NCBI GenBank assembly: GCA_020057555.1
Contig: JAGVFR010000026.1
Location: 22,631 to 86,630, forward strand
DNA from: a bacterium
Lineage (GTDB): Bacteria; Patescibacteriota; Patescibacteriia; UBA9934; GWF2-40-263
Length of the DNA: 64,000 nt
Direction of reading: 5' to 3'
The translations under genes and the position numbers were made by a program. The stretch's first letter is position 1; each line of letters begins with the position of its first letter. The notes under the pieces were generated by a model, which worked only from the letters and a program-made list of their open reading frames with translations, was not told where the DNA came from and ran no database searches. Positions 18,273 to 28,067 of this stretch are shown here, piece after piece.

Positions 18273-18275
18273 TTT

Positions 18276-18992
18276 ATGCAATCGTCAATTTCGACAGTTT
18301 TCACTATTCTCTCAAAAGAGTTTCCAAATTCTGGAGCAATGGAAATTGGAAATCCATATCAAAATCTTGTTGCTGTAATATTGTCGGCACGCACGCGAGA
18401 TGAACAAGTTTTAAGATTGTTTCCAAAATTTTTGAATGCGTTTCCAACAATAAACAAACTTGCGAAATCAACTCCAAAGCGAATTGAGGGATATATTCGT
18501 TCGATTGGCATGTATAGACAAAAAGCGAAAAATTTACATAAGATGGCAGTTGAGGTTGAAAAAAGGTTTAACGGGAAGATTCCAAGCACAATGGAGGAAT
18601 TGATTATACTTCCTGGTGTTGGTCGAAAAACGGCTTCGGTTATTCTTGTAACATCATTTTCAAAACCAGCAATCGCTGTTGATACACATGTACATCGAGT
18701 TACAAACCGTCTTGTATGGGTGAAAACAAACACGCCAGAAAAAACTGAAAAGGCATTGTTGAAAATCATTCCAATATCTTCGCAACTGACAGTGAATCGA
18801 GTGTTTGTGAAATTTGGAAGATACATTTGCATCCCGGGGAAACCACGATGTTGGGCATGTCCAATACAAAAATATTGCGAATACAAAAATAAAAATTTAA
18901 TCAAACCAAAAAATTCCGAAATGATTTTGGTTGATATTGAGCGGAGAGAAAATGAACTTGAACTTCTTAGAAAGTCTGCTTGCAAAGTATGA
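18276..18992 (+). CDS. nth: endonuclease III
   Basis: HhH-GPD motif LPGVGRKTA and 4Fe-4S cluster C-x6-C-x2-C-x5-C. Confidence 0.9.
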   Translation: MQSSISTVFTILSKEFPNSGAMEIGNPYQNLVAVILSARTRDEQVLRLFPKFLNAFPTINKLAKSTPKRIEGYIRSIGMYRQKAKNLHKMAVEVEKRFNGKIPSTMEELIILPGVGRKTASVILVTSFSKPAIAVDTHVHRVTNRLVWVKTNTPEKTEKALLKIIPISSQLTVNRVFVKFGRYICIPGKPRCWACPIQKYCEYKNKNLIKPKNSEMILVDIERRENELELLRKSACKV

Positions 18993-19474
18993 ACAAAGAT
19001 GCAAAAATTTCTAGAGCACTGTTTAATACTACGCGCGTTTCTCAATTGAAAACGCAAATGGCAGTTTTTTGCGCATCGTATTTACTTTGGTTAATGGTCG
19101 GAGTTGCTTTTGGGCTTCTATTTCCAAATATTCAACCATTGATTCCAGTCTTGTTATTTCCACTCGGTGTTTCATTGTTGATCTCGGAGTTTGTGCGTCG
19201 CACACGTCCGTTTCACCCTGAAGGATATAAACCACTCATACATCTTCTTATTGAAACGCCGAGTTTTCCATCTTCACATAGTACAGTTGCGTTTGCTCTT
19301 GTTGCGGCATTTCTATACAACCCTGTGGTTTGGCCAATCATGTTGGTGTTTGCGATTTTAGTATCATTAGGTCGAGTCGCTGTTGGAGTTCATTATTTAA
19401 GTGATGTGATCGTTGGAGCGATTTTGGGTTTTGTTCTTGCGTACGCAATGAGCATTGCTATTTCACTATTTTGA
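18980..19474 (+). CDS. PAP2-family phosphatase (undecaprenyl-diphosphatase-like)
   Basis: PSSHS and SLGRVAVGVHYLSDV (SRxxxxxHxxxD) PAP2 motifs. Confidence 0.8.
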   Translation: MQSMNKDAKISRALFNTTRVSQLKTQMAVFCASYLLWLMVGVAFGLLFPNIQPLIPVLLFPLGVSLLISEFVRRTRPFHPEGYKPLIHLLIETPSFPSSHSTVAFALVAAFLYNPVVWPIMLVFAILVSLGRVAVGVHYLSDVIVGAILGFVLAYAMSIAISLF

Positions 19475-19487
19475 CTCTATTGACTTT
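19470..19487 (+). repeat. TTGACTCTATTGACTTTT direct-repeat motif upstream of the nucleotidyltransferase gene
   Basis: Same motif family (TTGACTCCATTGACTTTTTTGACTCCTTTGACT) at 21599-21635. Confidence 0.5.
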
Positions 19488-19495
19488 TGTTATTT

Positions 19496-20566
19496 ATGAA
19501 AGCAATCATTCTTGCAGGAGGAGTTGGCACAAGACTTTGGCCAATGTCTCGCCAGAAAAAACCAAAACAATTTTTTGAAATTGTAAATGATGTTCCTCTA
19601 ATAAAAGAAACTTACAATCGTCTTCTTAGATTGTTGCCGTCTGAAAAAATATTTTTTTCCATTTCTCCTTCGTTTGACAATCTTTTACACGAGATACTTC
19701 CAGAAATTTCAAACGATCATATTTTGATTGAACCTGAAAAACGAGACACCGGTCCTGCAATGGGTTACGTTGCCGCGTTAATGGAACTTTATGATTCTGA
19801 TGAACCGATAGTATTTATCCCATCCGATCATAATATTAAAGATGAAGAAATGTTTTTGCGTACACTTGAGGTAGGAGACATGCTTGTAAGAAAAACAGGA
19901 AAACTTCTTGACATAGCTGTGACTCCGACTTTTCCAAGCACTGTTCTTGGATACACTAGGATTGGTGAATTGTATGACACAATAAACGACGTCAAGGTTT
20001 ATCGTTTCGCTGGTCACACAGAAAAACCTCCATACGAAGTTGCAAAACAATATCTTGAAAAAGGATCATATTTGTGGCATGCAAATTATTACATGTGGAC
20101 ACCGCGCAAGTTTATGGAAGCGTTTGAAACATACGCGCCAGAGATTGGAAAAGTGTTGAGAGAAATTCAACATACAACCCTTCGACAGGCTCAGGGTATA
20201 GATGTTTTCTTCAGATCGCTTCCCAAAATATCTTTTGATTATTCTGTTACAGAAAAAATGGATCCACAAGAAGTTCTAATAATGAAAGGAAATTTTGGTT
20301 GGAGCGATATTGGTGCATGGGATACTTTGTGCGATCATCTTTCAGATAAAGGACAAAATGTTACAAAAGGAAAGTGTTTAATGATAGATACAAAAGGATC
20401 TTTGGTGTATGCGCCTGAAAATAAACTTGTTGCAGTATTAGGCATGGAAGATGTTATCATTGTTGATACTGGTGACGCCTTGCTTGTGTGTCCAAAATCA
20501 CGCGCACAAGAAGTTAAAAAAATTGTAGAAAAACTTCTGGAAAGTGGAGACGATAAACTAATATAA
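19496..20566 (+). CDS. sugar-1-phosphate nucleotidyltransferase (mannose-1-phosphate guanylyltransferase-like)
   Basis: MKAIILAGGVGTRLWPMSR motif; carries an in-frame copy of the dispersed repeat (encodes TLRQAQGI) at 20178-20196. Confidence 0.8.
   Translation: MKAIILAGGVGTRLWPMSRQKKPKQFFEIVNDVPLIKETYNRLLRLLPSEKIFFSISPSFDNLLHEILPEISNDHILIEPEKRDTGPAMGYVAALMELYDSDEPIVFIPSDHNIKDEEMFLRTLEVGDMLVRKTGKLLDIAVTPTFPSTVLGYTRIGELYDTINDVKVYRFAGHTEKPPYEVAKQYLEKGSYLWHANYYMWTPRKFMEAFETYAPEIGKVLREIQHTTLRQAQGIDVFFRSLPKISFDYSVTEKMDPQEVLIMKGNFGWSDIGAWDTLCDHLSDKGQNVTKGKCLMIDTKGSLVYAPENKLVAVLGMEDVIIVDTGDALLVCPKSRAQEVKKIVEKLLESGDDKLI
20178..20196 (+). repeat. dispersed repeat copy (CCCTTCGACAGGCTCAGGG) inside the nucleotidyltransferase CDS
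   Basis: Matches the first 17 nt of the 25-nt repeat core. Confidence 0.7.
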
Positions 20567-20568
20567 TT

Positions 20569-21594
20569 ATGCTTCGAATAATTGGGATAGTTATAGGAAT
20601 CGGAATTTTGGTCGGCATTGTGCTTTCTGGTTCTTATGTTTGGGATTCATACTTTCTATCTCCTGATCGCAACGCAAGTGAAGTGAGGATTGAAATTCCA
20701 GATGGTTCATCTTTAGATTCAATTTCTAAACTTTTGAAAGAGCAAGACGTTATTTCAAGTCGTTTCTTTTTTAAGATTTACAGCAAGTTTACGAACGCCC
20801 AATCTTCACTTCAAGCAGGAGTATTTGTGTTAAAGCCAAAAATGTCGTTTAGAACTATTGTGGCCGCACTCACCAATGCTCAAGCGCAAGAAATTCAAAT
20901 TACGATTCCAGAAGGATTTACACTTCAACAAACAGGCCAAGAGATTGCGAAAAATTTTTTACAAATTTCAGTAGCGGATTGGGATTCAGTTAATGGTTCT
21001 CCAAGTGATTTTACTGAACAGCAAGATATTCTTTCTGGAATTCCATCAGGTCAAGGTCTTGAAGGATATCTTTTTCCAGACACATATCGTTTTCGAAAAG
21101 ATGCTGATGCAAAAACAATTGCCGAAACAATGATCATAACTCTAAAGCGACGGTTGGCTGAAAATAATATCATTGTTCCAGATCATCTGATGATGCAAAA
21201 TGGGATGACATTTCATCAAGTGTTAACGCTAGCTTCGATTGTTGAGCGAGAAGTTAGATCAAAAGAAGACATGGCGCATGTTGCGGGAATTTTTCTAACT
21301 AGACTTAAGATTGGCATGGCACTTCAAGCAGACTCAACAGTAAATTTTGTAACTGGAAAACAAGAAGCCTCTGTTTCAATTACTGACAGTAAAGTTGATT
21401 CACCATATAACACGTACAAGTTTCTCGGCCTTCCGCCAGGACCAATCAGTAATCCTGGTATGAACGCGATTCAGGCAGTGCTCAATCCTGTTGCATCAAA
21501 TGACTTGTATTTTTTAACAACTCCAGCAGGACAGGTTATTTACTCAAAAACGTTTGATGATCATGTTGCAAATAAATATAAATATTTGAAATAA
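20569..21594 (+). CDS. mltG: endolytic murein transglycosylase MltG (YceG-like)
   Basis: N-terminal TM helix then YceG-like domain (ASIVEREV, YFLT motifs). Confidence 0.75.
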   Translation: MLRIIGIVIGIGILVGIVLSGSYVWDSYFLSPDRNASEVRIEIPDGSSLDSISKLLKEQDVISSRFFFKIYSKFTNAQSSLQAGVFVLKPKMSFRTIVAALTNAQAQEIQITIPEGFTLQQTGQEIAKNFLQISVADWDSVNGSPSDFTEQQDILSGIPSGQGLEGYLFPDTYRFRKDADAKTIAETMIITLKRRLAENNIIVPDHLMMQNGMTFHQVLTLASIVEREVRSKEDMAHVAGIFLTRLKIGMALQADSTVNFVTGKQEASVSITDSKVDSPYNTYKFLGLPPGPISNPGMNAIQAVLNPVASNDLYFLTTPAGQVIYSKTFDDHVANKYKYLK

Positions 21595-21598
21595 TAAA

Positions 21599-21635
21599 TT
21601 GACTCCATTGACTTTTTTGACTCCTTTGACTATGG
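21599..21635 (+). repeat. TTGACTCC direct repeats (x3) upstream of the orphan gene at 21675
   Basis: TTGACTCCATTGACTTTTTTGACTCCTTTGACTATGG. Confidence 0.5.
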
Positions 21636-21674
21636 TACTTTTACCGATCAATTTGGGATTCGTGTGAGGGAAAG

Positions 21675-22946
21675 ATGGATTATTTTGAAACAGGAGTTGC
21701 TTGGCCGGATGTGAAATGTCCGGTCATAGCAGAACGGCCGTTAAGAGTCGCAAACGGACGTTCAGATGGACACACAGTGATCTCATCTCTCAAAGTTGTC
21801 GTACTTGTTAATGGTTGTTTGTATGCCGTTCTTGAGGATGGTCATGGATTGCGAGCAGGTGACATACTTTCTCGCAACTTTGATCTAACTCGAAAAAAAG
21901 GATGTGATACAACAGAACCAACTGAGCAAGTTTTCGTTCGTTACAAGAGTATATTTGACGCACGTCGTGGAATAGGGCGCGTTTATGGCCGATATCGGGA
22001 AATCGAAATTCCTGAATTGGCTCGCTGGAAAATGGATACAGATTGGTTGTTTCGAACTTCGTGGACGCTACATCGCGCAACAAAGGAGCAAGAAGAGCAA
22101 TTCGTCTGGCAAGCCGAGCGTTGTATCAAGAAGCACGAGAAAGACACATCCGAAATCAAACTTGACGCGCTCCGTCGGTTATTAAAGATTCAGACAATGA
22201 CGGACTCACTCGGCCGACGAAACACAACTATGATTCCTATGTTGTGCTGTGCTATTGACCGATCACTTGAAGCTCGCACACAGCAAGTTCGCGGAATTGG
22301 AAGACGAATGGATTGGCGTGCAATGGTGCTTGAGCACGTCATTGATCAGATACAAGCCGAATGTCGGGCTATCCGTCGAGCCGCGTTGGACGTTCTTCAA
22401 GCAAATGATATCTTCGGAGAAGCGCGTACGCCAAGAACATTGCGCGGTCGCGCGAATCGAATAAGCGACTACGCGGAATTCCTCAAAATAGTTCAAGTTC
22501 GGACCTTCACACGCGTGTTTGCGCACGTTGTTAGTGAACTCAAAGAGGTCGCTGAACTTTTTCATGACGCGGCTAGTAAGCGTGACAGTGGACATCTTGA
22601 ACGTGCTCGTCTGCTTCTTGGCAAGATATATCGTTCAATGATTTTACTTGAACAGCACTGGCGGCTTGAAGAGGTTTTGGTAGTTGTCAGTTCACACGTT
22701 CACAACGGTGAAGTCCTATCTGCTTATCAGATTCGTCTTTTCACAGACGAACTTGATGAAGTGCATCGCACATTGACCAATCCAGACCCTGTTACTGGAG
22801 TCCACATTGATACGGACTTTGAGACAGATGTGTTGCCAATCGTTGTTGGCAATGTGCTTTCTTGTCTGACTAATCTTCGAGGTGAAGACGACGTATTTCT
22901 TCCGTCGTTGTATGACGACTTGAAGATCGCGTGCAAACCTCTCTGA
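21675..22946 (+). CDS. hypothetical Arg/Ala-rich cytoplasmic protein (orphan)
   Basis: 423-aa ORF with regional GC about 50%; third codon positions stay AT-rich (host-like) while GC1/GC2 are high from composition; no recognisable motif. Confidence 0.5.
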   Translation: MDYFETGVAWPDVKCPVIAERPLRVANGRSDGHTVISSLKVVVLVNGCLYAVLEDGHGLRAGDILSRNFDLTRKKGCDTTEPTEQVFVRYKSIFDARRGIGRVYGRYREIEIPELARWKMDTDWLFRTSWTLHRATKEQEEQFVWQAERCIKKHEKDTSEIKLDALRRLLKIQTMTDSLGRRNTTMIPMLCCAIDRSLEARTQQVRGIGRRMDWRAMVLEHVIDQIQAECRAIRRAALDVLQANDIFGEARTPRTLRGRANRISDYAEFLKIVQVRTFTRVFAHVVSELKEVAELFHDAASKRDSGHLERARLLLGKIYRSMILLEQHWRLEEVLVVVSSHVHNGEVLSAYQIRLFTDELDEVHRTLTNPDPVTGVHIDTDFETDVLPIVVGNVLSCLTNLRGEDDVFLPSLYDDLKIACKPL

Positions 22947-22993
22947 CCCCAAAAACGGGGTCTTTTTTTGATGTGATACAATGGCATTGCTTT

Positions 22994-24994
22994 ATGTCCG
23001 CGCTTATTGATTACGAAAAGGATTTAAATAAACATCAACTCGAGGTTGTACTTCATGGAGATGGGCCTGTTTTGGTTTTGGCAGGCGCTGGTTCTGGAAA
23101 AACTCGCACAATTACATATCGGGTTGCGTATTTACTTGAACAAGGAGTTTTGCCACAACAGATTTTGCTTTTAACTTTTACAAATAAGGCGGCACGCGAG
23201 ATGTTGTCTCGAGTTGCAAAATTGGCTGGGAAAGATTTGAGAGGTTTGTGGGGCGGAACTTTTCACTCGATCGCAAATCGGATGTTACGTTTATATGCGC
23301 ATAAAATTGGTTATACACAGAATTTTACGATTCTTGATCAAGAGGATACTAACTCGTTAATTAAAACGTGTTTGAAAGAAATGAATGTTGATACAAAGGA
23401 ACGACGTTTTCCATCACCCGCAAACATTGCGTCGATTTTAAGCTATGCGCGTAATGCGTCTGTTCCTGTGAGATCTGTTCTAGAAGATCGAAATTCCAAT
23501 TTTTTTTCTCTGTATTCTATTTTTGATCGGCTTGTTGAAGTTTACGCGCAACACAAACGCAATGCAGACGCAATGGATTTTGATGACTTGTTATTAAATC
23601 TCCAGAGACTACTTGTTGAAAACCCTGACATCTGTGAACAATTTTCTAATCAATTCAGATATGTGCTTGTTGATGAATATCAAGACACAAATGTAATTCA
23701 GGCTAATCTTGTGAGATTGTTAAGCGCGACACATAAAAATATTCTTGTTGTTGGAGATGACGCCCAATCAATATATTCTTTTCGCGCAGCATGTATTCGG
23801 AACATTTTGGATTTTTCAAAAATGTATCCCAGCGCGAAAACATTTCGTTTGACAACGAATTATCGTTCAACGCCTGAAATTTTGGATATCGCAAATTGTT
23901 CAATCGGAAATAATTACGATCAATTCAAAAAAGACCTCAAGTCATTTTGTCCATCACTTGAAAAACCTCGAGTTGCTGGGCTTGCAAATGGAACAAAAGA
24001 AGCTCAATACATAACAAAAGAAATTAGTAAGTTGATAAAAGACGGGATACCTTTAAGAGAGATTGCTGTGCTGTTTCGTGCCGCGTTTCACTCCCAGGCG
24101 CTTGAGTTTGAATTAATGAAGCGCTGTATTTCGTATGAGTATAGAGGAGGTCTAAGATTTTTTGCACGCGCTCATGTGAAAGATGTGCTCGCATATTTAC
24201 GTTTGAAAGCAAATCCAAAAGACGAGGCGGCATGGCTGCGTGTTCTTGGGCACCAACCAGGAATTGGGATCGTGACTGCGCAAAAGATAATTTTCAATAT
24301 TCAATCAGTTGGAGATCTTTCGCAGGTTTGTTCAATGGATATTTCACTTCCAAAAAGAGCTTTTTCAGCTTGGTCATCTTTGATTGGTATTTTGCGGAAA
24401 TTGATTTCACAATCACTTCCTTCAGATCTGATTCGTGTTGTTATGGAGGGCGATTATCGTTCTTACATAGAAACAGAATATCCTGATTTCAAAGAACGTT
24501 TAGATGATTTGGAACAGTTTGCATTGTTTGCTGAAGAGTCGTCCGAGTTAACAAAGTTTTTATCTGAATTATCATTGACTGATGAGTATGGAGTTTCAAA
24601 AAATGATTCCGGTAATACGAATCAAGAGCAGATTGTATTATCAACGATTCATCAAGCTAAAGGATTGGAGTGGGATGCCGTATTTGTAATTCATGTTGTT
24701 GATGGAAAATTTCCTAGTCCGCGTTCTATGAATGAGGACGGCGGCATTGAAGAAGAACGTCGTTTGTTTTATGTTGCGACAACGCGCGCGCGAAAAAAAC
24801 TTTATTATACTTATCCGATGACAAGTGGAGGTGAATCGTATTTTATTCAGCAACCATCGTTGTTTTTGCAAGAGTTACCCAAGAAATTGTTTGAGCAAGC
24901 AAACCAAATTCAGACTGAACCAGAAGAGGCGACAATCGTGTATGATGAAATTGGTGAGCGGAAAAGTTTTTTAAGAAGTGTTGATGAATTATGA
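22994..24994 (+). CDS. uvrD: ATP-dependent DNA helicase UvrD/PcrA
   Basis: Walker A GAGSGKTRT, UvrD-helicase motifs (TFTNKAA, DEYQDTN, HQAKGLEWD). Confidence 0.9.
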   Translation: MSALIDYEKDLNKHQLEVVLHGDGPVLVLAGAGSGKTRTITYRVAYLLEQGVLPQQILLLTFTNKAAREMLSRVAKLAGKDLRGLWGGTFHSIANRMLRLYAHKIGYTQNFTILDQEDTNSLIKTCLKEMNVDTKERRFPSPANIASILSYARNASVPVRSVLEDRNSNFFSLYSIFDRLVEVYAQHKRNADAMDFDDLLLNLQRLLVENPDICEQFSNQFRYVLVDEYQDTNVIQANLVRLLSATHKNILVVGDDAQSIYSFRAACIRNILDFSKMYPSAKTFRLTTNYRSTPEILDIANCSIGNNYDQFKKDLKSFCPSLEKPRVAGLANGTKEAQYITKEISKLIKDGIPLREIAVLFRAAFHSQALEFELMKRCISYEYRGGLRFFARAHVKDVLAYLRLKANPKDEAAWLRVLGHQPGIGIVTAQKIIFNIQSVGDLSQVCSMDISLPKRAFSAWSSLIGILRKLISQSLPSDLIRVVMEGDYRSYIETEYPDFKERLDDLEQFALFAEESSELTKFLSELSLTDEYGVSKNDSGNTNQEQIVLSTIHQAKGLEWDAVFVIHVVDGKFPSPRSMNEDGGIEEERRLFYVATTRARKKLYYTYPMTSGGESYFIQQPSLFLQELPKKLFEQANQIQTEPEEATIVYDEIGERKSFLRSVDEL

Positions 24995-25500
24995 AAACAG
25001 GAATTATAATTATTGCACTTGTAATTTTGTTTGTTGTTTCGGTTGTTTGGTTTAGACAGCCAAAAGAAACAGTCGAAAATCGGATAGATTCGATCGCTGA
25101 TGTATTAATACCCGATCCAATTTCTCAAGCTGTTATTAGCGGGGCCATTGATACGGAGTCCAAAACAGGACAACTATTTCTGGTTTCGACATCGGAGGAT
25201 GTTGGACAGGCACTAAGGGGTTTGAAGGATGATCGTTATTTTTTTGAAATAAAATCTCGGCTTCCGGAGATTGATCGTGAGGTATTTTATTATAATGTTT
25301 GGCTTGTACGGCAAATTCCATATGGTTATTTTTCTTTAGGTGAGATGATTACAAATGATGATGGTGATTTTGTTTTGGTTTGGGAGTCACAAGATAACAA
25401 TAATTATTTTGGTTATACAGAAATTGTAATTACGCGTCAGGAGTTTAGTGGGAGTAAAGATCCATCAATTCACATTGTTGAAGGGGAATTCGGAGAATGA
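24991..25500 (+). CDS. hypothetical membrane-anchored protein
   Basis: N-terminal TM helix; 169 aa; 3' end overlaps the dinB 3' end convergently. Confidence 0.45.
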   Translation: MKTGIIIIALVILFVVSVVWFRQPKETVENRIDSIADVLIPDPISQAVISGAIDTESKTGQLFLVSTSEDVGQALRGLKDDRYFFEIKSRLPEIDREVFYYNVWLVRQIPYGYFSLGEMITNDDGDFVLVWESQDNNNYFGYTEIVITRQEFSGSKDPSIHIVEGEFGE

Positions 25501-26687
25501 AATCCGCTTGATCTTTCTTTGAAATGGACATCAATTAATGATGCGCGAGTCCAAGCATTTGACCCGTATCGATTTTGAATTTCATCAAGTGTTTTTTGAA
25601 GTGAATGTACCTTACGTTCTTTTTTGAATAGTGATTGATGCTCATTTCCTCTTGAAAGGGTTGTAGCAGAAATACCTAACAAGCGTACTGGTTTTGATTC
25701 GTCCAACCATTGATCAATCATTTGCCACGCAATTTTAAAAAGCGTTAAGCCATTTGAAGTTGGTTCTGTAAATTTTTGCTGTTGCGTCATTTCATTGAAA
25801 TCTGCATATCGAACAACTACATGTACACATCTTGCGACAAGACATTCTTTTCGAAGACGCCCTGCAACACGGTCAGAAAGTCCGAGCAAACAATATTTCA
25901 TTTCTTTTTTATTATCTGTATTTTCCGAAAGCGTATATGAGTGACCAATTGATTTTGGTTCTTCATATGTATTTATCACTGGAGAATCATCGCGCCCATG
26001 AGCGGCTTCATACAACCAGTATCCGTACGATTTGAATTCATTTACAAGTTTTTCCAATGAAAATTTTCTTAATTGTTCAAATGTGTTTATTCCAAGAGCG
26101 TTGAGTCGGTTTTCTATCTTTGTTCCAATTCCACACAAGTCTTTTAATTTACAAGTATCAAGGAATTTTAATATATTTTGTTGATTGACTGTTGTGATAC
26201 CGTTTGGCTTTACTTGTTCTGAACACAACTTTGCCATTAGTTTATTTGGAGCGATTCCAATTGAACATGTAATTTGTTCCCCGCATGTTTCCTTGATGCG
26301 TTCTCTTATTATTTGCGCAAGAACAATTGCTTCGAGATAATCAGTAGCAGTTTTACTTACATCCAAAAAACATTCATCAATGCTAAATTGTTCAACACAA
26401 TCTGTATATTCATTAAATATAGAATTAAATTGACATGTAATGTAAGAATATTTTTCCGGGTCACCTGGATATAGAATCATTGACGGACAGATACGCTTTG
26501 CTTCCCATGTTGACATTGCTGTTTTTACACCGAGTTTTTTTGCCTCAATCGATGCTGTTGCAATAACTGAACGTTCTTGGTGTTTTCCGGTTATGCCAAT
26601 TGGTTTACCGCGCAAAAACGGGTTAGCTTGTTGTTCGACTGAAGCGAAATACGAATTCATGTCAATGTGAATAATAATTCTGGACAT
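25470..26687 (-). CDS. dinB: DNA polymerase IV (Y-family)
   Basis: IIHIDMNSYFASVE N-terminus and Y-family polymerase layout. Confidence 0.9.
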   Translation of the reverse strand: MSRIIIHIDMNSYFASVEQQANPFLRGKPIGITGKHQERSVIATASIEAKKLGVKTAMSTWEAKRICPSMILYPGDPEKYSYITCQFNSIFNEYTDCVEQFSIDECFLDVSKTATDYLEAIVLAQIIRERIKETCGEQITCSIGIAPNKLMAKLCSEQVKPNGITTVNQQNILKFLDTCKLKDLCGIGTKIENRLNALGINTFEQLRKFSLEKLVNEFKSYGYWLYEAAHGRDDSPVINTYEEPKSIGHSYTLSENTDNKKEMKYCLLGLSDRVAGRLRKECLVARCVHVVVRYADFNEMTQQQKFTEPTSNGLTLFKIAWQMIDQWLDESKPVRLLGISATTLSRGNEHQSLFKKERKVHSLQKTLDEIQNRYGSNAWTRASLIDVHFKERSSGFHSPNSPSTM

Positions 26688-26700
26688 GCGTGTTTAAGTT

Positions 26701-26943
26701 TTAGTTATATAGCTCTACTAAATGCCACTCAAGGTATTCAGGATCGAGTTTTAGTTTGAAGTAATTTGTATTATCAGAAACAGAGAAATAGAAAATTCGT
26801 TTTTGACCTTCTCTTGCAGTATGTACGAGATTTACATTTGAAATATCATAGTCACGTTCATTCCAACGGATTCGTTTTGGTATAACGCGGTTTTGGCAGA
26901 ATGAAGCGATTACATCAATTTGATCGTTTAGAAATTCATGCAT
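26701..26943 (-). CDS. small hypothetical protein co-oriented with and upstream of dinB
   Basis: 80-aa ORF 13 nt upstream of dinB; a candidate LexA box lies in its upstream region. Confidence 0.45.
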   Translation of the reverse strand: MHEFLNDQIDVIASFCQNRVIPKRIRWNERDYDISNVNLVHTAREGQKRIFYFSVSDNTNYFKLKLDPEYLEWHLVELYN

Positions 26944-26986
26944 AGGAGAGAAGTTGGAGAAGTTAGAGAAGCTGGAGAGGCTGAAG
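26944..26986. repeat. period-9 repeat AGAAGTTGG AGAAGTTAG AGAAGCTGG AGAGGCTGA abutting the start of the small ORF (CT-rich in gene sense)
   Basis: Seen directly; same period-9 family as 2101-2131, 5163-5240, 10824-10866. Confidence 0.6.
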
Positions 26987-27062
26987 TACGTGATGTCTTT
27001 AAGTTGAGATATAGTGACGTAATATCTGTTTCAAACGTCTTCGACTTGTTAGAATACGTATT

Positions 27063-27082
27063 GTTCTGACACAGTTCAGAAC
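27063..27082. promoter_or_regulatory. palindrome GTTCTGACACAGTTCAGAAC upstream of the small-ORF/dinB operon (candidate LexA box)
   Basis: 7-bp perfect inverted arms GTTCTGA/TCAGAAC; same GTTC-N12-GAAC architecture as the lexA upstream site. Confidence 0.45.
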
Positions 27083-27246
27083 TTTTCTGTCTCTACGTGT
27101 TGGAAGAAAAGACAGTGTTAGGTTATGGTACCGAAGAGTTGTGGCAGACATAGAGGTATGGTTTTTTATAAATTGATTAGCAATTCTAAAACTGTCACAC
27201 GTGAGGTAATTTTCCTGTTACGTGCCGAAAATGTTTATAGTGATTT

Positions 27247-27861
27247 TTATACTGGTCTAAATTGTCGGATAACTGCGCGAACTACGCCCTGAATAATACA
27301 ATCTTTTACGTATATAGGATTCATTGTGCTGTTTGCAGGTTGAAGACGTATACGCCTTTGCTCTCGATAAAATCGTTTCAATGTTGCATAAGCATTATCA
27401 AGCAAAGCAACAACCACTTCGCCGTTTTTTGGTGATGGATTGCGTTCAATGACAACATAATCACCATCTAGAATTCCGTCTTCAATCATTGAACGTCCTT
27501 TTACACGAAGAACAAATGAATTTGCTCCATCAAGCACGAAAGTTGCTGGCACAGCCATTGTTTCTCGATCTTCAACAGCCTCGATTGGCTCTCCTGCCGT
27601 GATCAAACCAAGCATTGGCAGAAGAACTGAAGGTTCATCCTGTTCCGACGATACAAGTTCGATTGATCTTGCTTCTCCTTCATCACCGACTGTTATTTCT
27701 CCTTTTTCAACAAGAGTTTGAATATGAGTATAAACAGTGGCAGGGGATGAAAGTCCAAAGTGTTCACCGATCTCTCTGTATGATGGTGCGTAACCTCGAT
27801 TTTTTATGTGTGTACGAATGTGGGCGAGAATTTCTGCTTGTTTTTTTGTAAGAGGAGGCAT
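27247..27861 (-). CDS. lexA: LexA repressor
   Basis: wHTH N-terminus and S24 peptidase domain with Ser (GRSM) / Lys catalytic context. Confidence 0.9.
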   Translation of the reverse strand: MPPLTKKQAEILAHIRTHIKNRGYAPSYREIGEHFGLSSPATVYTHIQTLVEKGEITVGDEGEARSIELVSSEQDEPSVLLPMLGLITAGEPIEAVEDRETMAVPATFVLDGANSFVLRVKGRSMIEDGILDGDYVVIERNPSPKNGEVVVALLDNAYATLKRFYREQRRIRLQPANSTMNPIYVKDCIIQGVVRAVIRQFRPV

Positions 27862-27890
27862 ATTTTGAAAGTTTTAGTTGTTCGTCTTAT

Positions 27891-27910
27891 GTTCGTATGA
27901 TATATCGAAC
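27891..27910. promoter_or_regulatory. palindrome GTTCGTATGATATATCGAAC 30 nt upstream of the lexA start (candidate autoregulatory LexA box); CGAAC-N6-CGAAC direct repeat follows
   Basis: GTTCG...CGAAC ends with AT-rich centre; position typical of an autoregulatory operator. Confidence 0.45.
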
Positions 27911-27950
27911 AAAAAACGAACGCAAGAGGCAGATTGTGGATAAGTATGGG

Positions 27951-28066
27951 AGAGTAGATAAGTAGTAGAGTAGCAAAGTAGAAAAGGGAATTGATTGGTG
28001 ATTTTACTGCAAATTTTTCAACCCTCTGCTACTATGCTACTCTTCTACTCTGCTACTTTTTTATCC
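27951..28066. repeat. AGTAG-family inverted repeat pair (GA-rich arm, CT-rich arm) in the lexA/metK divergent intergenic region
   Basis: GATAAGTAGTAGAGTAGCAAAGTAGAAAAGGG ... CTCTGCTACTATGCTACTCTTCTACTCTGCTACTTTTTT; CT arm ends 5 nt before the metK ATG. Confidence 0.6.
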
Positions 28067-28067
28067 T

